Assembly: GCA_040256005.1 (NCBI GenBank)
Contig: JBDZWC010000096.1
Coordinates: 1 to 11,852 of the forward strand
Source of the DNA: Deinococcaceae bacterium
GTDB lineage: Bacteria > Deinococcota > Deinococci > Deinococcales > Trueperaceae
Direction of reading: 5' to 3'
Length of the DNA: 11,852 nt
Shown here: in pieces, positions 1-8,482 of the stretch
Layout: each line of letters begins with the position of its first letter
Numbering within the stretch: position 1 is the first letter of the stretch
Notes under the pieces: model-generated
The model's input: the letters and a program-made list of their open reading frames with translations, nothing else
Database searches by the model: none
Told to the model about the DNA's origin: nothing
Program-made: the position numbers and the translations under genes

Positions 1-1011
1 CTCGGTGGCCGTGTGCCGGCGGTGCCGTTCGTCGCGGCCATGCCGACTACCGCCGCGGCGACCGGTCTGGATGGCGCGTGAGGCGGTCGACCGCTGGGCC
101 CCGGCATCGCGGCGCAGCAGCGCCACGAAGTGCCCATCGCCGACGCCTTGGTGGGGCCACACCCGCGCCGCACCGGGGAGCCCGAACCGGCCCGCGTCAG
201 AAGTACCGGGGAGCACCGCGGGCTCCAGCGCGAAGTCTTCCCGCCGCGCGAGGAGCCAGGCCACTACCTCCTCGTTCTCTCGAGGATCGAACGTGCACGT
301 GCTATAGACGAGCCTGCCGCCGGGAGCGACGAGGTCCGCCGACGCCGCGATGAGCCGCCGCTGCAGGAGCGAGTGCCTTTCGACGGCCGCTTCGCTCCAT
401 GCCGCCCTGGCGGCCACGGAGCGTCTGAACATGCCCTCGCCGGAGCACGGCGCGTCGAGCAACACGGCATCGGCCCGGCCGCCCAGGGGCCCGGTCAGCC
501 TGTAGACGGGGCCATGCGTCACCACAGCGTTCGTCACCCCGAGGCGCTCGAAGTTGCCGAGCAGCGACCGCGCCCTGCCCTCGCCGAGGTCGTTGGCTAC
601 CACCAGAGCGCGGTCCCCGGCGAGGCCGGAGGCGTGCGTGGCCTTGCCGCCCGGCGCGGCGGCCACGTCGACGACCAGCTCGCCTCGCGACGGCGAAAGC
701 ACCTCGGCGACGACCATGGCCGCGGGGTCCTGCTGGTAGTACACGCCGGCGTCGTTGAGGGCATGATCCGCGACCTCGGCGCTCGCCGCCGAGACCACCC
801 GCCCTGAGGGGCACCACGGAACGGCCTCGGTCCGCCACGGCAGGTAAGCAGCCAGGTCCGTGACGCTGCCCCTCAGCCGGTTGAGGCGTAGGCCCGGCGC
901 GCGGGGCTCATCCAGGGCGGCCAGCAGGGCCGTGGCCTCGGCACCCAGGAGGTCGCGCATGCGGGCCACGAACGCCGGTGGCAGCGGCTCTAGGTTGGGC
1001 GGACCTTTCAC
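1..1011 (-). CDS. rsmF: RsmF/RsmB/NOP2-family 16S rRNA m5C methyltransferase (3'-truncated by window edge)
   Basis: Manual minus-strand translation from GTG at 1011 is open to position 1, with no stop, which is why the ORF track lacks it: MKGPPNLEPLPPAFVARMRDLLG...GVYYQQDPAAM...VVDVAAAPGGKATH...AVLLDAPCSGEGMFRR...RLVYSTCTFDPRENEEVV...RVWPHQGVGDGHFVA. The SAM motif I and both catalytic Cys (DAPC, STC) are present. The LP.AF..RM..LLG N-terminus and GEGMFR motif fit the RsmF subtype. Exact start uncertain. Confidence 0.9.
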   Translation of the reverse strand, partial: MKGPPNLEPLPPAFVARMRDLLGAEATALLAALDEPRAPGLRLNRLRGSVTDLAAYLPWRTEAVPWCPSGRVVSAASAEVADHALNDAGVYYQQDPAAMVVAEVLSPSRGELVVDVAAAPGGKATHASGLAGDRALVVANDLGEGRARSLLGNFERLGVTNAVVTHGPVYRLTGPLGGRADAVLLDAPCSGEGMFRRSVAARAAWSEAAVERHSLLQRRLIAASADLVAPGGRLVYSTCTFDPRENEEVVAWLLARREDFALEPAVLPGTSDAGRFGLPGAARVWPHQGVGDGHFVALLRRDAGAQRSTASRAIQTGRRGGSRHGRDERHRRHTATE

Positions 1012-1039
1012 CCCGGGAGTGCGAGGCGGGCCGCCGGGC

Positions 1040-1591
1040 TCACGAGGGCTCCGGTCGTCCGGTGGGCGCAGGGTCTTCCGGTCGCTCCCCGTCGCCGGTC
1101 GCCTGGCCTTGCGCGGCCGCGGCAGCCACTCCCGAGAGACCGGCAGCGACGTCGGCGTCGAGCTGCCTTATCTCCTCGATGAAGCGGTCGACCGAGTCGA
1201 AGTCGCGGTAGACGCTCAGGTAGCGGATGTAGGCGACGTCGTCGAGCGCTTTCAGGAACTGCAACACCCGCTTGCCGATCAGCTCGCTGCTCACCTCCGG
1301 CGCCTGGACCTCGTCCTCGAACCCGTAGGCGAACTCCCGCAACACCTTCTCGGACACGGGCCTCTTGTTGGCGGCGATGCGCAGCTTCTGCAGCAGCTTG
1401 TCGGGGTCGAACGCCTCGTGTCTGCCGGACCGCTTCCGCACCATGAGCGCCTCGAACTGAGCGCGCTCGTAGGTCGTGAACCGGCGCAGGCAGTTGAGGC
1501 ACTCGCGGCGGCGGCGGATGGAGGCGCCCTCGTCGGACGGACGCGAGTTGACGACCTTGGTGTCCTCGGCCGAGCAGTAGGGGCAACGCAT
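1040..1591 (-). CDS. nrdR: Transcriptional repressor NrdR (Zn ribbon + ATP-cone)
   Basis: MRCPYC...TKVVNSR...IRRRRECLNC.RRFTTYER; ATP-cone VRKRSGRHEAFDPDKL; C-terminal LDDVAYIRYLSVYRDF. The ATG overlaps the upstream TGA (TGATG at 1593-1589). Confidence 0.97.
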   Translation of the reverse strand: MRCPYCSAEDTKVVNSRPSDEGASIRRRRECLNCLRRFTTYERAQFEALMVRKRSGRHEAFDPDKLLQKLRIAANKRPVSEKVLREFAYGFEDEVQAPEVSSELIGKRVLQFLKALDDVAYIRYLSVYRDFDSVDRFIEEIRQLDADVAAGLSGVAAAAAQGQATGDGERPEDPAPTGRPEPS

Positions 1592-2709
1592 CAGCGCTTC
1601 TTGTAGAGGTCCTCGGCGTCGAAGTCGGGCTCTCGCCTGGGCCCGATATCGAAGGTCGTCTCGTCGCCTTCGAAGGTCTCCTCGAACCCGCCCCCCTCGA
1701 GTCGGCTGAGGTCCCCGTAGAGGTCCACCGCGGGCTCCAGCCCAGCCGCGTAGGCGTCCTCGGCAGCGCTGGCGTCGGCCTCGTCAGCCACCATGTGCCG
1801 CAGCGCCGGCGGCCGACCGACCAGACCGAGCTCGTGCGTCCAGAGGAGGTCGAAGGTCTCGTACTCGTGGTCGTCGTCGTCCGCGCCCTGGTCCGCCGCC
1901 TCCGGCTCGTGCTCGCCGTCGGCCAGCCGGTCGTCCTCGGCGGCCTCGATGAGGTCCTCGGCGTCGTCATCGCCGTTGAGCTCCCAGGGCTGAACGTAGT
2001 CGTCCACCTGCCTGACGTTGACGTTGAGTGCGGCCCTCACCTCGGGGAGCATCGCCTCCGCGACCCTGGGCGGTTCCGGCAGGTCGACGCTGACGGCCTG
2101 GCCGCTGACGCCGGAGGACTCGAGCGAGCCGAAGTAGCGGACGGCGCGCACGAGAGCCTGGTCGTGGCGCGGGTCGGAGCTCAGGCGGGAAGGCACGACG
2201 ACGTTCGCTCGCGGGAACGTGAAGCGCTGCCTGAACCCTGTGACCATGCTCGAGAGCGCGCCCTGCACGGTATGCATCTGCACGGAATCGACAGCGGGTG
2301 GCGCGACTATCACCACCCAGCCGACGCTGAGCAGCCGCGCGGCGGTCTTGAGGACGAGGAAGGAGCTGCGCACGGTCTCCGCCATGACCTCGAAGAACTC
2401 GGCCTCGGCCATGTTCTCGAACGGCGTGGTGTTGACGTGCTCGGCCAGGTGAACCACCCCGCCCAGCGCGCCGAAGATCTCGAGCACCTTGTGGTAGGTG
2501 GTGAGCACGTCCATCTGGGTCGTCATGTCCGCCTGGATGGGGATCGCCTGGCCGCCGAGCTCCTCGACCTCGGCGGCGGTCTTCGCGGCCAGGTCCACGT
2601 CGCGGTCGGCACAGACGACGTGATAGCCGGCACGCCCGTAAGCGAGCGCGACGGCCCTACCGAAGCCCTGGCCCACGTTCGTGACCAGGACCACCCTGGC
2701 TCTCTCCAT
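1591..2709 (-). CDS. Atypical SDR-family Rossmann-fold protein with long acidic C-terminal tail
   Basis: VVLVTNVGQGFGRAVALAY...VVCADRD...PIQADMT...FGALGGVVHLA is an SDR N-terminal fold. No YxxxK motif is visible. Start placed at ATG 2709 (MERARVVLV) because it lies 6 nt after a TATCCT -10 box and directly before beta1; the track's 2778 start is less likely. Confidence 0.85.
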   Translation of the reverse strand: MERARVVLVTNVGQGFGRAVALAYGRAGYHVVCADRDVDLAAKTAAEVEELGGQAIPIQADMTTQMDVLTTYHKVLEIFGALGGVVHLAEHVNTTPFENMAEAEFFEVMAETVRSSFLVLKTAARLLSVGWVVIVAPPAVDSVQMHTVQGALSSMVTGFRQRFTFPRANVVVPSRLSSDPRHDQALVRAVRYFGSLESSGVSGQAVSVDLPEPPRVAEAMLPEVRAALNVNVRQVDDYVQPWELNGDDDAEDLIEAAEDDRLADGEHEPEAADQGADDDDHEYETFDLLWTHELGLVGRPPALRHMVADEADASAAEDAYAAGLEPAVDLYGDLSRLEGGGFEETFEGDETTFDIGPRREPDFDAEDLYKKR

Positions 2710-2715
2710 TCGGCT

Positions 2716-2721
2716 AGGATA
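2716..2721 (-). promoter_or_regulatory. -10 box (TATCCT), probable leaderless promoter of the SDR-nrdR-rsmF operon
   Basis: Minus strand reads TATCCT-AGCCGA-ATG, i.e. TANNNT 6 nt before the start codon with no room for an SD. Confidence 0.65.
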
Positions 2722-2842
2722 CGACTTCCTCATCCCTGACCCGGGTACCCGCCCGACGTGTGAGCCATCCCGCTTCATGGAGCGGCTCGCCGGGGGAACC
2801 TGGAACGGTCCAGGGTGCCCGTGGGGGCCTCACGGAGGAAGA

Positions 2843-3406
2843 ATGCTGCGCAGGAACCAGAAGAGTCAGCCGGCCGAGCCGGTCAAGCGGGAGCCCTTCA
2901 CCTACATACACAAGGGCACCACCTTCGAGGGCCGGATCAAGGCCGAGGGCCGGGTGCGCGTGCACGGGGTCGTCAAGGGGGAGGTCGACGTCGCCGGCGT
3001 CGTTGAGGTCGCTCCGGCCGGCGTGATCGTTGGCGCCACGGTCAAGGCGGAGGAGCTGCGCGTCCTGGGACGCGTGGAGGCGGACGTCGTCGTGAGCGGG
3101 AAGGTGGAGATCTGGAACGGCGGCGAGCTCGTCGGCGACGTCAAGGCCGCCGCCCTCGACATCGAGGAGGGCGCCCGCTTCACGGGCCGCAGCGAGATGA
3201 CGCGCCAGGGTGGCGGCAGGCTGGCCGCCGACGTGCTGCGGGAGACCGTCGCCGCCGATAGACGTCAGGACCCGTCGCCGCGGGTCACCACTGGCGTTGG
3301 CGCGCTCACCCCGACCGATGGTCCCGATGGTCCAGGAGGACAGGCCGAGGGCGAGCCGGCGCAGGTGGACGACGCCCGCGCAGCCGCCGCCACCGCCGAG
3401 TCGTAG
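2843..3406 (+). CDS. Bactofilin (polymer-forming cytoskeletal protein, DUF583) with low-complexity C-terminal tail
   Basis: TYIHKGTTFEGRIKAEGRVRVHGVVKGEV...VLGRVEADV...KVEIWNGGELVGDVKAAALDIEEGARFTGRSEM is the bactofilin beta-helix pattern. ATG at 2843 follows a GGAGG SD (2834-2838). Confidence 0.92.
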   Translation: MLRRNQKSQPAEPVKREPFTYIHKGTTFEGRIKAEGRVRVHGVVKGEVDVAGVVEVAPAGVIVGATVKAEELRVLGRVEADVVVSGKVEIWNGGELVGDVKAAALDIEEGARFTGRSEMTRQGGGRLAADVLRETVAADRRQDPSPRVTTGVGALTPTDGPDGPGGQAEGEPAQVDDARAAAATAES

Positions 3407-3468
3407 GCGGGAGTCACCGCCCGCGGTGTGGCTTTGGCAGCCCCGGGCTGCGTGCTGGAGTGACTGAC

Positions 3469-3477
3469 TGCTACACT
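3469..3477 (+). promoter_or_regulatory. Extended -10 promoter (TGcTACACT) upstream of accD
   Basis: TGnTANNNT lies about 50 nt before the accD ATG, which has a GGGAGG SD at 3516-3521. Confidence 0.55.
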
Positions 3478-3525
3478 GGCGCGTGCCTGCGCTGACCACT
3501 GCGTTCCCCCCGGTCGGGAGGCGAG

Positions 3526-4413
3526 ATGGCCCTTGAGCGCCTCTTCAGACGGAACCGTCCGACGCGCAAGGAGGACGACAACAGTCCGGCCGGGCTGTGG
3601 CTCAAGTGCGATGCCTGCAACGCCCAGATCTACCGTAAGGACCTGATCGCCAACCTGCACGTGTGCCCGGAGTGCGGGCATCACTACAGCATGCCCGTGG
3701 ACGCCAGGCTGGACATGCTGGCCGACGCCGGCACGTTCGAACGCTGGTCCGGCGCTATCCGTCCGCTCGACCCGCTCGAGTTCGAGGACACGCAGCCGTA
3801 CACGGAACGCATCGAGAAGGCCGAGCAACGCCAAGGTCGCCCGGACGCGGTCGTGACGGGCGGCTGCGAGCTGGGCGGCATCGAGGTGGGCATCATCGTC
3901 ATGGACTTCTTCTTCCTCGGCGGCTCGATGGGCTCGGTCGTCGGCGAGGAGATCGCCAGGGCCGCGGAGCGGTCGGCCGATGAGGGCAGGTCGTTCGTGG
4001 CCATCACGGCTTCTGGCGGCGCCCGCATGCAGGAGGGCGCGCTCTCCCTGATGCAGATGGCGAAGACGACGGTCGCGCTGGAGCGCCTCGCCCGCGCCCG
4101 CCTGCCGTACGTGAGCGTGCTGAGCCACCCCACCACCGGCGGCGTCACCGCCAGTTTCGCGACGCTCGGGGACGTGGTCCTCGCGGAACCGGGTGCGCTC
4201 ATCTCGTTCGCCGGTCCTCGCGTCATCCAACAGACCATCAAGCAGGACCTGCCAGAGGGCTTCCAGCGTGCCGAGTTCCTGCTCCACAAGGGCATGGTGG
4301 ACGACGTCGTGCACCGCAAGGACCTGAAGACCAGGCTGGTGACGGTGCTGGGCGCCCTGACGGGGGCGGGCGCGCGCGTGCCGAAGGAGAAGATCGGTGC
4401 CGCTGCCGTTTGA
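3526..4413 (+). CDS. accD: Acetyl-CoA carboxylase carboxyltransferase beta subunit
   Basis: Zn finger LWLKCDAC...[78 protein letters not shown]. Confidence 0.98.
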   Translation: MALERLFRRNRPTRKEDDNSPAGLWLKCDACNAQIYRKDLIANLHVCPECGHHYSMPVDARLDMLADAGTFERWSGAIRPLDPLEFEDTQPYTERIEKAEQRQGRPDAVVTGGCELGGIEVGIIVMDFFFLGGSMGSVVGEEIARAAERSADEGRSFVAITASGGARMQEGALSLMQMAKTTVALERLARARLPYVSVLSHPTTGGVTASFATLGDVVLAEPGALISFAGPRVIQQTIKQDLPEGFQRAEFLLHKGMVDDVVHRKDLKTRLVTVLGALTGAGARVPKEKIGAAAV

Positions 4414-5350
4414 GAAGCCGATCGAGGACCTCGAGGCCCGCATCGAGGACATGCGCCGGTACGCCGCGGAGCAGCAGGTCGACATGTCGGAGGAGATCGC
4501 GCTGCTGCAGTCGCGTCTCGACCGCCTCAAGAGCGACACCTTCGAGAACCTCACCCGCTGGCAGCGGGTGCAGGTGGCCAGGGCGCCGGGGCGGCCCACG
4601 GCCCTGGACTACCTGACGTCGGCGTTCACGGACTTCACGGAGCTGCACGGTGACAGGGCGCTGGGTGACGACCCCGCCATGGTGACGGGCTTAGCGAAGC
4701 TCGATGGCAGACAGGTCGTCGTGGTCGGACAGCAGAAGGGCCGGGACACCAAGGAGAACATCTCGCGCAACTTCGGCATGAGCCACCCGAGCGGCTACCG
4801 CAAGGCCATCCGGATGTTCGACCTGGCCGACAAGTTCAGGCTGCCGGTCGTGTGCCTGATCGACACACCGGGCGCCTACCCGGGCCTGGCGGCCGAGGAG
4901 CAGGGGCAGGCCTGGGTGATAGCCGCGTGCATCCAGCGCATGAGCCGGCTCGAGGTGCCTGCGGTCAGCGTCGTCATCGGTGAGGGCGGCTCAGGCGGCG
5001 CCCTGGCGATCGGCGTCGCCAACCGCGTGTTGATCCTCGAGAACGCCATCTACTCGGTGATCAGTCCCGAGTCGTGCGCCGCGATCCTGTGGCGCGACTC
5101 CGGTGAGGCCGAGAAGGCCGCCGAGGCGCTGAAGCTCACCGCCAAGGACCTGCTGGAGCAGGGGGTGGTGGACCGCGTCATACCCGAGCCGCTCGGCGGC
5201 GCTCACAGCGCCAGCGCCGAGGCCATAGCCACCTTCGAACACGTGCTCAGGGAGGAGCTGGCCGGCCTCGAGGGTCTCTCCGTGCAGGCGTTACTCGACC
5301 AGCGCTACGAGCGGTTCCGCAGCCTGGGGCGCTTCGCCGAGGCGGCCTGA
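4397..5350 (+). CDS. accA: Acetyl-CoA carboxylase carboxyltransferase alpha subunit
   Basis: [86 protein letters not shown] start with AAGGAG SD (4384-4389); overlaps accD by 17 nt. Confidence 0.98.
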   Translation: MPLPFEKPIEDLEARIEDMRRYAAEQQVDMSEEIALLQSRLDRLKSDTFENLTRWQRVQVARAPGRPTALDYLTSAFTDFTELHGDRALGDDPAMVTGLAKLDGRQVVVVGQQKGRDTKENISRNFGMSHPSGYRKAIRMFDLADKFRLPVVCLIDTPGAYPGLAAEEQGQAWVIAACIQRMSRLEVPAVSVVIGEGGSGGALAIGVANRVLILENAIYSVISPESCAAILWRDSGEAEKAAEALKLTAKDLLEQGVVDRVIPEPLGGAHSASAEAIATFEHVLREELAGLEGLSVQALLDQRYERFRSLGRFAEAA

Positions 5351-5354
5351 AGCC

Positions 5355-6026
5355 TCAGACGCCGCTGGCGACGGCTCCCCTGAGGGCCGCCACGTTCTCG
5401 GTCACCGTGCCCATGCCGCCGAACACCGCTGTGCCGGCCACCACCACGTCAGCACCGGCGTCCACCACCTGCTGAACGTTGGCAGCGGTGATGCCGCCGT
5501 CCACCTCGATGAGGCAGTTGGGGTTGGCCCTGTCGCGCATGCGCCTGAGGGCCTCGATGCGGCCCAGGCTGCCGGCGATGAACTCCTGACCGCCGAAGCC
5601 GGGGTTGACCGACATGATCAGCGCCAGGTCCAGGTAGGGCAGGGCCGCCTCCAAGTAGGCGAGCGGCGTGAGCGGGTTGACGGCCAGACCCACCTTGACG
5701 CCCTTCTCCCTGACCTGCTGCAGCAGCCTGTGCAGGTGGTGGTCCACCTCTGCGTGCACGGTAATGCCGTCGGCGCCAGCGGCAGCGAAACGCTCGAGCA
5801 GAGCGCCCGGGTGCTGCACCATCAGGTGGACGTCGAGCGGTAGGGCCGTCTGGCTGCGGACGGCGGCCACCACAGCTGGACCGAACGATATGTTCGGGAC
5901 GAACTGGCCGTCCATGATGTCCAGGTGGAGCCACTCGACGCCGGCCTCCTGAGCCTCGGAGACCGACTGTCCCAAGCGGGCGAGGTCAGCGGCGAGGACC
6001 GAGGCGGCGAGTACGTAGCGGCTCAC
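5355..6026 (-). CDS. rpe: Ribulose-phosphate 3-epimerase
   Basis: [59 protein letters not shown]. Start placed at GTG 6026, 7 nt after a TATACT box. Confidence 0.96.
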   Translation of the reverse strand: MSRYVLAASVLAADLARLGQSVSEAQEAGVEWLHLDIMDGQFVPNISFGPAVVAAVRSQTALPLDVHLMVQHPGALLERFAAAGADGITVHAEVDHHLHRLLQQVREKGVKVGLAVNPLTPLAYLEAALPYLDLALIMSVNPGFGGQEFIAGSLGRIEALRRMRDRANPNCLIEVDGGITAANVQQVVDAGADVVVAGTAVFGGMGTVTENVAALRGAVASGV

Positions 6027-6033
6027 GCGGCGG

Positions 6034-6039
6034 AGTATA
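6034..6039 (-). promoter_or_regulatory. -10 box (TATACT), probable leaderless promoter of rpe
   Basis: Minus strand reads TATACT-CCGCCGC-GTG. Confidence 0.7.
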
Positions 6040-6156
6040 GCCCAGGCCGTGTGAGCCGCTCGGGCGCCCGCGACGCGAGCCGTCTTCTCGCCGGGGAAGT
6101 CGGTGCTGGGCCCGCGGTTGGTACCCGAGGGCCCGTGCAGCACGCGGTGACCGCCT

Positions 6157-6162
6157 TACAAT
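6157..6162 (+). promoter_or_regulatory. -10 box (TACAAT) for the sulfurtransferase
   Basis: TACAAT lies 26 nt before GTG 6189 and is followed by an AAGGAAGG purine tract (SD-like). Confidence 0.55.
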
Positions 6163-6188
6163 CTGACCTGCAAGGAAGGGGATGCAAC

Positions 6189-7052
6189 GTGTCTGATTAC
6201 GCCACGCCCGACAGTTTGGTGAGCACCCAGTGGGTGGCAGAGCATCTTAACGACCCTCGCGTGCGACTCGTCGAGGTGAACGAGGACCCGCTGCTCTACA
6301 AGCAGGCCCACGCGCCCGGCGCCGTGGAGATCGATTGGCTCACGGAGCTGCAGGAGAAGGACAGGCGGGACTTCATCTCGGGGGAGGCGTTCGCGGCCCT
6401 GATGGAGCGCAAGGGCATCAGCAACGACACGACGGTCGTCCTCTACGGGGACAAGTCGAACTGGTGGGCCGCCTACGCCCTGTGGTTCTTCAAGTACAAC
6501 GGTCACGAGGACGCACGGCTCATGAACGGCGGCAGGCAGAAGTGGCTGGCCGAAGGTCGGGAGACCACCGACGCGGTGCCCGAGGTGCAGCCGGGTACGT
6601 ACCGCGTGCCTTACCGGGACGCCAGCATCCGGGCTTTCGCCGCCGACGTGATACAGCACCTGTTGCGGGTCAAGGACGGGGAGGGAGCGCTCGTCGACGT
6701 TCGGAGCCGCCCCGAGTACACCGGTGAGAAGCTCCACATGCCCGACTACCCGCAGGAAGGGGCTCAGCGCGGGGGCCACATCCCGGGCGCGGCCAACATC
6801 CCTTGGGCGCAGGCCGTCAACGAGGACGGCACCTTCAAGTCGCGTGCCGAGCTCGAGGAGCTGTACGGCAAGGCGGGCGTCACCAAGGACAAGGACGTGA
6901 TCGCCTACTGCCGCATCGCCGAGCGGTCGAGCCATTCCTGGTTCGTCCTCAAGTTCCTGCTCGGCTACCCCAACGTGCGGAACTACGACGGCTCGTGGAC
7001 GGAGTGGGGGAACATGGTCGGCGTGCCCATCCGTCAGGGCGAGCAGCCGTGA
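6189..7052 (+). CDS. Tandem-domain rhodanese / thiosulfate sulfurtransferase (CysA/SseA-like)
   Basis: [60 protein letters not shown]; active-site loop [18 protein letters not shown]. Start reassigned to GTG 6189 (VSDYATPD). Confidence 0.95.
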   Translation: MSDYATPDSLVSTQWVAEHLNDPRVRLVEVNEDPLLYKQAHAPGAVEIDWLTELQEKDRRDFISGEAFAALMERKGISNDTTVVLYGDKSNWWAAYALWFFKYNGHEDARLMNGGRQKWLAEGRETTDAVPEVQPGTYRVPYRDASIRAFAADVIQHLLRVKDGEGALVDVRSRPEYTGEKLHMPDYPQEGAQRGGHIPGAANIPWAQAVNEDGTFKSRAELEELYGKAGVTKDKDVIAYCRIAERSSHSWFVLKFLLGYPNVRNYDGSWTEWGNMVGVPIRQGEQP

Positions 7053-7100
7053 GCGGCGGCCAGGTGCACGGCTAGCTCACCGGCGACAGCAGGAAAGCGA

Positions 7101-7129
7101 GGGCCCCGCGGCGTGCTGCCACGGGGCCC
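7101..7129 (-). terminator. GC-rich hairpin, probable terminator for gabT (possibly bidirectional)
   Basis: Minus strand GGGCCCCGTGGC-AGCAC-GCCGCGGGGCCC gives a 12-bp stem with one G:U, followed by TCGCTTTCCT. It lies between convergent genes. Confidence 0.7.
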
Positions 7130-7153
7130 GTCCAGTGATACGAAGCTCGAGGC

Positions 7154-8482
7154 TCAGGCGGTCTGCATCTCACGCTGAGCAGTCTTACCCAAGCCATGTT
7201 CGACGGCGCGTTCGATGATCGCCAGGCCCTCTTCCAGCTCCTGGTCGGAGAGGTTGATGGGCGGCAGCAGCCGGATGACGTTGCCGTAGGAGCCCGTCGG
7301 CAGCAGGATCAGCCCCGCGTCGCGCGCGAACGACACGATCTTCTCGACGCTGGCCGCGTCGGGGGTGTAGCCGTCCTCGAGCACGAACTCCATGGCGACC
7401 ATGGCGCCCTTGCCGCGGACATCCCCGATGCCGGGGTGCCGGGCACGCAGCTCGTTGAGCCGAGCGCTCGCCTTGGTGCCGATCTGGGTGGCGCGAGCCA
7501 ACAGCTCCTCGCTCTCGATGACGTCGAGGGTCGCCAGCGCGGCGGCGACAGCGGCCGGGTTGCCCCCGAAGGTGGTGCCGATCTGGCCCGGCTGCAGCGC
7601 GTCCATGACCTCGGCCTTGCCGACGACCGCCGAGAGTGGGAAGCCTGAAGAGAGGGCCTTGGCCGAGGCGATCAGGTCGGGCTCCAGGCCGTAGTGCTCG
7701 ACGGCCCAGAGCTTGCCGGTGCGACCGACGCCGGCCTGCACCTCATCGTCGATCCACAGCGCCCCGATCTCGGTCGCGAACTCGCGCAGGCCGCGCAGGA
7801 AGTTGCCCGGAGCCGGGATGAAGCCGCCCTCGCCGGCGACAGGCTCGATGATGAACGCCGCCACCTCGCTGGCGCCGATCGTCACGTTGACCAGGTCCTT
7901 GAGGACCTCCAGCGCTGCCTCTCCGGTCTCCTCCTCGGTACGGGCGCCCCAGGGGTTGCGGAAGTGGTACGGGTACGGCGCGCGGTAGACCTCCGCCGCC
8001 CGCAGACCGAAGCCCGCCTTGTACGGGTTCGCCTTGCCGGTGAGCGAGAACGCCATATAGGTCCGGCCGTGGAACGCGTGCGTGAATGCCACGATGCCGG
8101 GGCGGCCCGTGTAGGCGCGGGCGATCTTGACGGCGTTCTCCACGGCCTCGGCGCCGCTGTTCGCCAGGAACGTCTTCTTGGGGGTATCACCCGGCGCGAG
8201 GGCGTTCAGGCGCTCGGCCAGCTCGATGTAGCTGGGGTGCATGCCCACGGCGAAGCACAGGTGCTGGAACTCCTCGACCTGCTTCTTGACGGCCTCCACG
8301 ACGGCCGGGTGGGAGTGGCCGATGTTCATGACGGCGATGCCGGTGGAGAAGTCGAGGTACTTCTTGCCCTCGACGTCCCAGACGTAAGAGCCCTTGCCCT
8401 TCACCGGGTGGAACGGGTGGGTGCTGGTGGCACCTGGGGTCACCGCCGCGGCCCGCCTGTCCCTGAGCTGCTGGTTGGTCAT
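7154..8482 (-). CDS. gabT: Class III PLP aminotransferase, 4-aminobutyrate/5-aminovalerate transaminase
   Basis: WDVEGKKYLDFSTGIAVMNIGHSHP; NSGAEAVENAVKIAR; AFHGRT; PYKAGFG; IIEPVAGEGGF; DEVQAGVGRTG; PLP-Lys in SAKALSSGFPLS; GTTFGGNP; GNVIRLLPP. ATG 8482 has a GAGGAGG SD. Exact substrate is inferred. Confidence 0.88.
   Translation of the reverse strand: MTNQQLRDRRAAAVTPGATSTHPFHPVKGKGSYVWDVEGKKYLDFSTGIAVMNIGHSHPAVVEAVKKQVEEFQHLCFAVGMHPSYIELAERLNALAPGDTPKKTFLANSGAEAVENAVKIARAYTGRPGIVAFTHAFHGRTYMAFSLTGKANPYKAGFGLRAAEVYRAPYPYHFRNPWGARTEEETGEAALEVLKDLVNVTIGASEVAAFIIEPVAGEGGFIPAPGNFLRGLREFATEIGALWIDDEVQAGVGRTGKLWAVEHYGLEPDLIASAKALSSGFPLSAVVGKAEVMDALQPGQIGTTFGGNPAAVAAALATLDVIESEELLARATQIGTKASARLNELRARHPGIGDVRGKGAMVAMEFVLEDGYTPDAASVEKIVSFARDAGLILLPTGSYGNVIRLLPPINLSDQELEEGLAIIERAVEHGLGKTAQREMQTA

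Noticed and set aside
130..807. 225-aa plus-strand ORF and neighbouring short ORFs at 5-838
   Set aside because: These are shadows of the minus-strand RsmF-type gene, which holds all the recognisable motifs.
860..2739. Long ORFs 860-1606(+), 1008-1970(-) and 1795-2739(+)
   Set aside because: They are antisense or alternative-frame products of high GC3 codon bias over nrdR and the SDR, with no family motifs.
2710..2842. NrdR box autoregulating the SDR-nrdR operon
   Set aside because: I see no AT-rich palindrome resembling the acaCwAtATaTwGtgt consensus here or elsewhere in the window.
3265..4599. 444-aa minus-strand ORF, and similar ones at 2714-3499, 6156-6935, 7694-8665, 8715-9443, 9639-10202 and 10945-11580
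   Set aside because: They lie antisense to well-supported genes (bactofilin, accD/accA, rhodanese, gabT, rsmJ-like, hbd, upp), as expected in GC-rich DNA.
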